Shown here piece after piece: positions 55,170 through 64,000 of a stretch of 64,000 nucleotides of DNA. The first letter of the stretch is position 1; each line of letters begins with the position of its first letter. This stretch comes from the human T2T-CHM13v2.0 reference genome, Homo sapiens, in assembly GCF_009914755.1 (NCBI RefSeq), contig NC_060927.1. The stretch is one strand, 5' to 3'. The position numbers were made by a program, and so were the translations under genes. Below the pieces are notes generated by a model. That model made no database searches and was not told the DNA's origin. It worked only from the letters and a program-made list of their open reading frames with translations.

Positions 55170-58100
55170 AGAGGATCTATACGTATGCTGTTATGGAAAG
55201 AGCTCCTATATATTATTGAGTACAATAAACAAGAACAAGTAGACATTTTATACTATGATCTGTTGTGTAAATATGATTATATATTAATATCAAGTGTACA
55301 CTGACTGACACATGCACAAAAATTATCTTGAAAGAATTATATGAACCTATTATCTTGGTTACTTTGTGCCAGAGGAATTGTAATGTGGGGAAGGACACTC
55401 TGCTTCACCATATTTTTTTATATTATTTGAGTTTTCCAAAATTGTCCCCAAAATGTTTTTCTTACAAAATATATCCACACAGAGTGTGATATATTTTCTG
55501 TGAGATCACAGGCATTTTTGCCTTTTTTATTTTATGTAAAGTTTAAAGAGCCTTTTAAGTGTGTACAGAGGGTTGGAAGGCTCTAACCTTTCTTGAAAAC
55601 TTACTGTGACCATGAGCCAGTTTTTCATACATTCTCTTTTAAATCTATGACACAATGATGCGAATCACACAAGACAGCCACTCTACGTGTGAAGCTACAG
55701 AGACTCAGAGATGTCAATAGGACTTGCTAATGCCACATACAAGGTAGCAAGAGGAGTAAGGATTTCAAAATGCACATTTTATTCTCATATTGTATTTCTT
55801 CCAACATCTTTCTCTTCCTATCAACTATGACAAGATGTGTATATTTTCTTTAAACAATACATTTCCAAAGTTAAAATATATTTTAATTTCAAATATGGGT
55901 GAGTGCTCAATCTTCCTCTATGAATACAAATGGAATATAATATGCTGAGATGACACTGTATCAATAAAAAATGATAATCTATTATTATAGCATGTGTAGG
56001 TGTGTTATACCTCCTTTTTAATGACTTGCTATGCATGAGTGCCAGGAGATGAATTTGACACTTGATACTGATACAACTGTAAGGAGAAGACCTTGTATTA
56101 TGGCCTATTGTAGCTTCCTTAAGGTTTGAAGAATTTTGTATTCCAGAAATGGAAATACAGGGTTAATCTCAGTCAGAGTAGAGAGGTCAATAGCCCTCTA
56201 ATCTTTATGTTCTGCCTACCCCCCCCTTTTTTTTCCCTGTCAAATGATCCTACCATCTACATTTCTAATGCTGTGTGCCTCCTTTCCCATCAATCTTTTA
56301 CAACCTCAGGGTCTTGAAAGGGGCAGTGGCCCTACACAGGATCATAGTAAAATTAGGAGCGCCTATACACGGGATTAAAGTGATGCTTTAATTTGAACCT
56401 ACATTAACATTCTGTGGTAGCAGTTGTTTGAATTTTAAGGCACTCTTTCATCCCTCATCCAAAGGGCTTTAGGGCAAAAGCAAGGGAAAGAGGTTTGTTT
56501 GGAGCTGTAGCAAAGGCATCTGCATGGGCCAAGGGCCTAAAACGCTAGAGGCAGCTTTTGTCTAATGAGTAATTGCTTCTGCTTCAACCTTCCTATAGCC
56601 TAGGCATGGAGGTTGGAGGGTAAAACTGGGCTTGGCTCACAGACCATGGATGGGATGGAGTCTGGGCATTACTTACCCTTATGTTCCCTTCAGTCTCACG
56701 TTCATATGCTCTTCTCTCGACCACAGTACCATCTCAAATGCCACCTCTTCCAATAGGCCCTCACCTCAGCTGGCAGGAGAAGAAAAAGGAATCAGGAACT
56801 GCTCTCTGTAAGCACGCTTTTAGCGACCTTCCTAGCATAAGGTTTCTTCTTCGATGTCTTGGTTAAAAGCCCCCAGTGCCTCCTGCAGCACCTGACTCGG
56901 GTGTTCTCCTGATAGGCGTCCTGTTCTTTTAGTGTCTTGTTCTTCTGATATCTTAACCCCACCCTCTGCCCTCAAACATTATGCAGAATCTCCTAAGACC
57001 TAACTGGATAGACATGCCTCCTCCGCTCATGTAAATCAAAGGACCCTCAGGACATCTTTCATTTTTTTAAAAAAGTAATTACATTAAATTGATTCTATAG
57101 ATTTACATCATGAGCCATCAGCCACCACTTAGCAGTAATATATAATCTCCCCTTGGGATGCTCTAGTTCAATTTCTCTGCGGTGATCAGCAATGCATTTA
57201 TCACTGTAGACCATGTCCTGTGGTAACCGGCATAAACATTGGTTCTCCTCTAGTGTACTGCAAGTTTCTTGAAGGCATGTCATTATTTGGTTTATGTTGA
57301 ATGGCATCCCCTCTTTACCAGGGCCTTGCAAATGGCTAAAGAAATATTTGTACATTGGAAATGATTAATAGGAAATAAAGTTCCTCTTTATGCTTAGTGA
57401 GGGCCACATTGTGGCCTTCTGCATACAGAGGACATTCTTAGAAAGACCCAATTTTCTGTGATTTTTCTCAATTTCAAAAATTATATTTTAGTGTCATATA
57501 ATATGTCTTGATTTTGGATTAAAAATATGGTGACATTAGTGGATTTCATCTCTCTCATGTGAAACATACTGCTTAATATGAGAGAATCATTTCTGCTCTG
57601 AATTCATGAAACAGTTTTTACCTTTTCTAAATTTTACTTGACTTGTGGTTGCTCCAGCTCACATACATGCACACACACGCAAACACAATTTTGATGTCAG
57701 TGGTGTAGTCGCTGAAAATGGCTTTGAAATAAACCCGTTTCATTTTACTATCTCAAATTACCTTTGCTGCCATTGCTTCCCATCACCATTTCTGTAGTTC
57801 CTTCCTTAAGGCATTTATGTATGTAATTTAAGCTGCATACCTAGGGGACATAGGTCTCCAACTCTTGGCATTAAAAGCTCATAACCAAAAAGAGAAACCA
57901 AGATGATTAGAGTTAATAATAACCATTTCATTTAAAGGTTTTCTAAAGCCAACCATTTTAGCATCCTACAGAAGCCAAGAAGAGAGAGAATTTTTTCTCC
58001 CAAATCCCAAAACTGTAAACTTAATGAGGTTAAACACTTCTCACAAATCAATGTCTTAAAACAAAACATCTTCTGCTAAATATAGAAGTGGGTGCATTTT

Positions 58101-58749
58101 GATATTCATTTCTCTCTTTTCCCCATCCTCTTCCCATCGTCCTTCCCGTCACCTAGCTTCTGCTGTCCCTAACATCCCCAACTTCAGCTCTTTCTTTACT
58201 AAACTGCAGCACTAAAGTCGCACACTTTTAAAGGCAGAATTTGGGGCTTGACACAGTGGAAGGGATCCAGCTAACTGCAGAGAGAATCTAATTAGGTAGA
58301 CGGGATTTGAGAAGCTGGAGTTTTTCTAGGACACCTGGCTCACCCTTCTGTGTAATGGAAGTTGTCACTGGCCTTTTGCTGGCAGCTGAGGCATCAGGAC
58401 ATGGGTGTCACTTCTCATCTGAATTAAATGCTGCCTCCAGCATGACATATCTGGCAAACAGGAACTGCTGGGTACTCAGGCATTGGGATTTTTACCCAAG
58501 TTTCTTTTCAACTCGGAGACACTGTAATTTTGTACAGGGGGAAAGCTGTCAGCTAAGAATAAGGAAGAACTCCTAAAAATCAGAACTACCAATACCAAGT
58601 AGACTTTTGCTGAGTAGTGGGGTCTCCACTACCGGCCAGATTCAAGCAGAGGCGTGGCTTGCTAGGAATAGGAAAGGAGGGTTAGCCTCAGCAATAGAAC
58701 TTGCAACATTAAGCCTCAGTCTCACCCATAACAAAGCAGATACTAAAAA

Positions 58750-58920
58750 TATTAATTAATTCATTTATTTAATAAATGTTAATTGAAAATCTACTGAATG
58801 CCAGGCACTCTTCTAGGGATAAGAATGCAATGCTTCCTAAAAGAGACAAAATGTCTACCCTCATGGAGTTTGCATTTTAATGAGGAAAGACCAGAAACAA
58901 GCAAATTAATAACTGTTTGT
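58750..58920 (-). mobile_element. L2 3' end
   Basis: attcatttatttaataaatgttaattg...ctactgaatgccaggcactcttctagg...ccctcatggagtttgcatttta. Confidence 0.65.
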
Positions 58921-59649
58921 CATGTAACAGTGCTATTAGTGGGTACAGAATGATGATGGAAATGGAAATGCTGCAGAATTAAATGAAATTTAGAAATTTC
59001 TAACGAAAGTTAAATTAGGTAATAATGAATAATATGTATGAAAAGTTTCTGGGTTCCTGGTACAATAGGCAAATCACTATGCCTTAAGTAAACCTCATAT
59101 CAACATATCAACATGAGCTAATACTGTCATGTTACAGATACTGCAACTGAGGTTTTGAGTAGCTGTGTAGTTTGTCAAGTAAATGTAGCTAGTTAGAAGT
59201 GAAGCTGACAAAGGAATTCAAGTGTGAGCATCTGACTCATAGCAAGCACTCAATTAACGGCGTTGATGAAATTTGCAAATATTTTTACCCTATTGAGCTC
59301 TTACGAAGGTTAAAGTTAACATTTTGTATATTTAACAAATATGGCACATAGCACAATGCTAGAAGCTATGGTATATACAAGGAAATAGGGGATGATCCCT
59401 TTGCTTTGTTCTTACTTTCCACCTAGTTTGTGGAGCACTGTCCCAAGAAAAAAATAAAGTAGCACGTGACTTAGGGATATAACATTTTCAGATAACAGAA
59501 ATCACTGTTGTTATTGGCAGTGGGGAAATAAATGGAGAAAGGTCACAATGGGGTTTTCATGGTTGGAAAATACATCTTGGCTTGGCTAAAGTCTTGAGGG
59601 TGATAAATATGCAAGAAACTGGTGGGAAAAAGAAAGAGGGTAAAACAAG

Positions 59650-60125
59650 TGGAATGGCTTATATGCAAAAATTAATGAAGCTTTAGCAAAAAACTGGGAA
59701 GTACTCAAATGTTCATCAACAAGACATTGACTAAACAAATGGTAGTATATTCACCCAATGTGATACCATTTTCTGAAAAAAGATATAAATTACTGACACA
59801 TACAACAACACTAATGAATCTCAAATGCATTATGTTGAGTAAAAGAAGCTAGGCACAAAAACATACATACTGTATGATTTCATTCCTATGTAGTTCAAAA
59901 TTAGGCAAAATTAACCTATGGGGATAGAAGTCAGAAAAGTGATTCACTCTTTGGGTATACAGGGACTTAATTGGAAATGAGTATAAAGGAACACACTGGG
60001 ATGATGGAACTGTTCTATATCTTGATCTGGGTGGTAATCATATAAGTACATGCATTTATATAATGTAATTGAGCTTTACACTTCAGATTGTACAATTTGC
60101 TGTGTGTGCATTAAACTTTAATAAA
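59650..60125 (+). mobile_element. L1ME-type 3' end
   Basis: aaactgggaagtactcaaatgttcatcaac...atgaatctcaaatgcattatgttgagtaaaagaagc...gatgatggaactgttctatatcttgatctgggtgg. Confidence 0.75.
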
Positions 60126-60801
60126 TCAAACACAATAGAAAAGATTTGAGTGAGAATATTCTATACATCAGATGCTGTTTGTTATGTTATATATGATAGA
60201 TATTACAGACATACAATTATTTTTGATGGCTATTTTAACTACAAATTTTAAGTGTATCATAGCTTTTTTTTTTTTTTTTCATGCAACAGCGTAGGTCCTG
60301 GAGAGTTTCTTCTATCAAAATACTGTATATAAATGAAACCTATTCAATTGTAATAGCTAAGTGGCATTCTTAACATCAGTGTGTCTCTAGTTTTTATAAT
60401 AGTTATCCTATTTGTTACTATACAAACATCTGCACAGAATATCCTTGTGCTATGCATCTGAATGCATACATGTATTTTTCTTGGAACAATTCTAAGAAAT
60501 GAATTTACTAAACTATATTTACAATTGCAATATATCTCTTATATAATATTTCCCTCAAACATGGCTGAACCAAGCTTGACATTGGCAGATGTCAAGGCAG
60601 CACATAAAAGTGCCTGGCACATTTCACAAATATCCTATTTTTATAATTTTCCCATGAGTCTGTGTTTTCCCTAATAATAGAAACATTACTATTAGCTTAG
60701 TAACACATAGAAGACATACTTTTTGTCCTGCAAGACCTTACAGTCAACATCTCAGAGGCTGACCGAAAAACAATGGAGGTGATTGAAAGTTAAAGAAGAC
60801 T

Positions 60802-61160
<359 letters not shown>

Positions 61161-61532
61161 TCATTTTTCACAACTTTTTGACATTGATTGAAGCTTTCAT
61201 TCTTTGGTGATAAAGTCTGCCGAAGTAAGTTGCATCATCAGGGATCTACATGACTAAAAACCTCTGCCATGAATTCAAAGGTATTCCTCTTGGCTGTAGG
61301 CATGATGACTGTCCTGTCAACAGCATGGAGTGGTGGAAACACCACTTGTCACTGATGCAGCTGCTGGTTCCAGCATTTCTGTTAATTAGCTGGTTATCCT
61401 GGCCATGCCATATATACTTTTGAACCTTAGTATCCTCGTGGAAGAAAGTGAGAGTTCTCCAAAAATCTTTATACATGTAAAGTTACACTATCCCCAAAGC
61501 CAATAAAATAGGTATTTAAATAGCATATTCTT

Positions 61533-61994
<462 letters not shown>

Positions 61995-62199
61995 CTTTAG
62001 CGTGCTTCTCAGGAACTTAAGGAATGCAGGTTGAAAAACAAAGCCTGGGAAAGAACAAACTATTGAGAATTTCTAAATGTCAGTGTGATAGGCTTTAGAG
62101 GCAGTGAGTGTGGAACCAACTTGTGTTTTCAAAGAGGCTGTATGGATTTGTAATTCAGGGCAGACATGAGCAGAGTTCAAACTAGGGTGACATTGAAGG

Positions 62200-62345
62200 G
62201 AAAGGATAGCAAGATATTAATTCAGAACAATTCAGGAGTTGGAATCAGAGGATCTTGATTGTATGCTGGGGATAAAGGCTAGGGAGGAGTCATTGATGCC
62301 TCACAGATTTCTGGTTCAGACAATAATGAGAATGATGGTAACATT
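62200..62345 (-). mobile_element. L2 fragment
   Basis: caggagttggaatcagaggatcttgattg...agggaggagtcattgatgcctcacagatttctgg. Confidence 0.5.
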
Positions 62346-64000
62346 AGGATTGCGAAACAAGGTAAGGATCTTCTAAGAAGGCTAGTCAAGATGGGTATGA
62401 GTACTGGAAGAGGGTAGCATCATGGGCAGCCTCATGTACCTACACAAAGACCAGAAAACTACGGGAACACATAGGAATAGTATCCAGAGGCCTACCTAGC
62501 GTGACCTTAAGGTATGAATAATTCTGCCAAAACGGATACTAAATCTGAGGATCAGGGAGAAGAAAGTTGTTCAAAAATGGAATTGGTTTTATTTTCAAAT
62601 TATATAGTTTACTGTATGGATTTTGAGAAATACTCTGGAACATACGTAAATAAATAATAGCAAGGTTTGGGGCATTTATAAAAGAGTGATAAACAGCTAA
62701 CTGTGGCAGCAGCAGCTAAAAATTCAGAAGATAAAATAACAGAGTCATGAACAGGTCAGAAGCATACACACATGTACTCATAAGATAGAAATGGAGAGGA
62801 AAAAAGGAAGGTGGGGTTCTTTAAATAATCTTCTTAAATAGTAGCAGCTTAAAAATCATAAATAGATAAACTAGATGAAGGGATGGAAAGAAATATCTTA
62901 ATGTCTAAGCAGTGAATATATCTGGGTGTTAGGTTTACGGCTCATGTTTATTTTCTTATATAAACCTTTATTTCCTCAATTATGTATGATCAACATGTTA
63001 TACTTTTAAGACTTGAAAAAGTTACTGAAATGTTTTATAAAAACTTGTTTTTGAAAAATAGAAGAAAAAAAGCATTATGAAATCCTTCAGAGAACAGATT
63101 AGCATTTGGTTTCCTGGTTCTGCTCTCTGTGCATCCAAAGACAGATCTAGGCAGCCCCACAAAGAACAGTCTAGAGCTTTCTTTGCTGAATGATTGGCAG
63201 CCTAGGGCCCTCTGAGAGTTGCAGCCTCACAGGCAATCTGATCCATTCTCATTGGGAAGCCTGGGGCTAAGAGGTAATATTTAGAGTAACACTTACTGTT
63301 AAAACTACTTGAAATACAAAGAAAAATTGTTAGTAATGCAGAGCAGCCACAACTCACAACATCTGCTGTCCCTGAGAAACCAGGACAGATGGAGGTGCTC
63401 TGGCAAATTTTCTTTGGGAGCTCTGGGCTCACTTCACCTTACTAGGACTCACAGTAATGGGGAAACAAAAGGCTCAAATCAACACTGATGGATGCCAATA
63501 ATAAAAGCAGAAAATTTAAATAAGAAATTAACAAGATAATTTCCTGCCTTGATCCTTGCCAAAAAGTAAAATAGGTAAGTCTGATTTTAAGACCCATTCT
63601 TTATATGAGACAAGCCATTAGTGGGAAAAGAAAAACAAAGAGGCAGATTTTGCTCCCACCTCACATTGATCCCTGTCCTTTCTTTCCATGGATCAGTTGG
63701 TTCTGATTCTGTGGCTTTGTGACTTTAGAAATGGAAACACAGGTGTTCAAAGTTATGTGGAATGCCTTCCCTTACTGATCCGTGTCCTCCACCTTCCTTT
63801 TCTCTGGAAGGACTAAAGCCAAGAGCCTGCCTCTTGGGAGCCCCTTCCTACCCACACACATGCAGCTGCTAATCCTCTCCTTCCCTCTCTTTCTTCCATG
63901 TACTCTCAAAAGTGACTCACAGAGTGTTTTAAAAGCTTTATTCATCTGCATTGGATGATTCTCACTTAGGTTGACACGGACATCATCTTCAGTCTCTATT

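Noticed and set aside
58307-58576. 89-aa ORF (and 63202-63432) as exons
   Set aside because: No homology recognised and no supporting splice or promoter context.

Overview
Primate (human-like) AT-rich genomic DNA with no recognisable cellular protein-coding exon, RNA gene or CpG island, so it is intergenic or deep-intronic. More than half of the window is LINE-1, almost all on the + strand. Most of it forms two nested stacks whose order can be read from target-site duplications (TSDs). Stack 1 (about 8.9-21.5 kb) is an old L1M carrying an L1PA15/16-like element, which carries an L1PA10-13-like element, which carries an AluS. Stack 2 (about 38.4-55.5 kb) is an old L1M carrying an L1PA10-13-like element with a 3'-transduced L1MC tail; that element in turn holds an L1PA4-like copy made from a spliced RNA (SpIRE-type 5'UTR junction at 44533/44534). 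There is also a two-LTR THE1 MaLR, nine Alu/FRAM copies (one a very young AluYa with 4 of 5 Ya5 diagnostics), MER5/MER45 DNA transposon relics, and MIR/L2 relics. The most unusual signals are a 54-bp near-perfect inverted repeat in unique sequence (2385-2438/3329-3382), fold-back templated insertions (31537-31627, 41552-41591), the SpIRE and the 3' transduction. All long ORFs are broken L1/MaLR ORFs. Subfamily labels come from remembered consensus features and need RepeatMasker/Dfam confirmation. I found no evidence of a new gene system.
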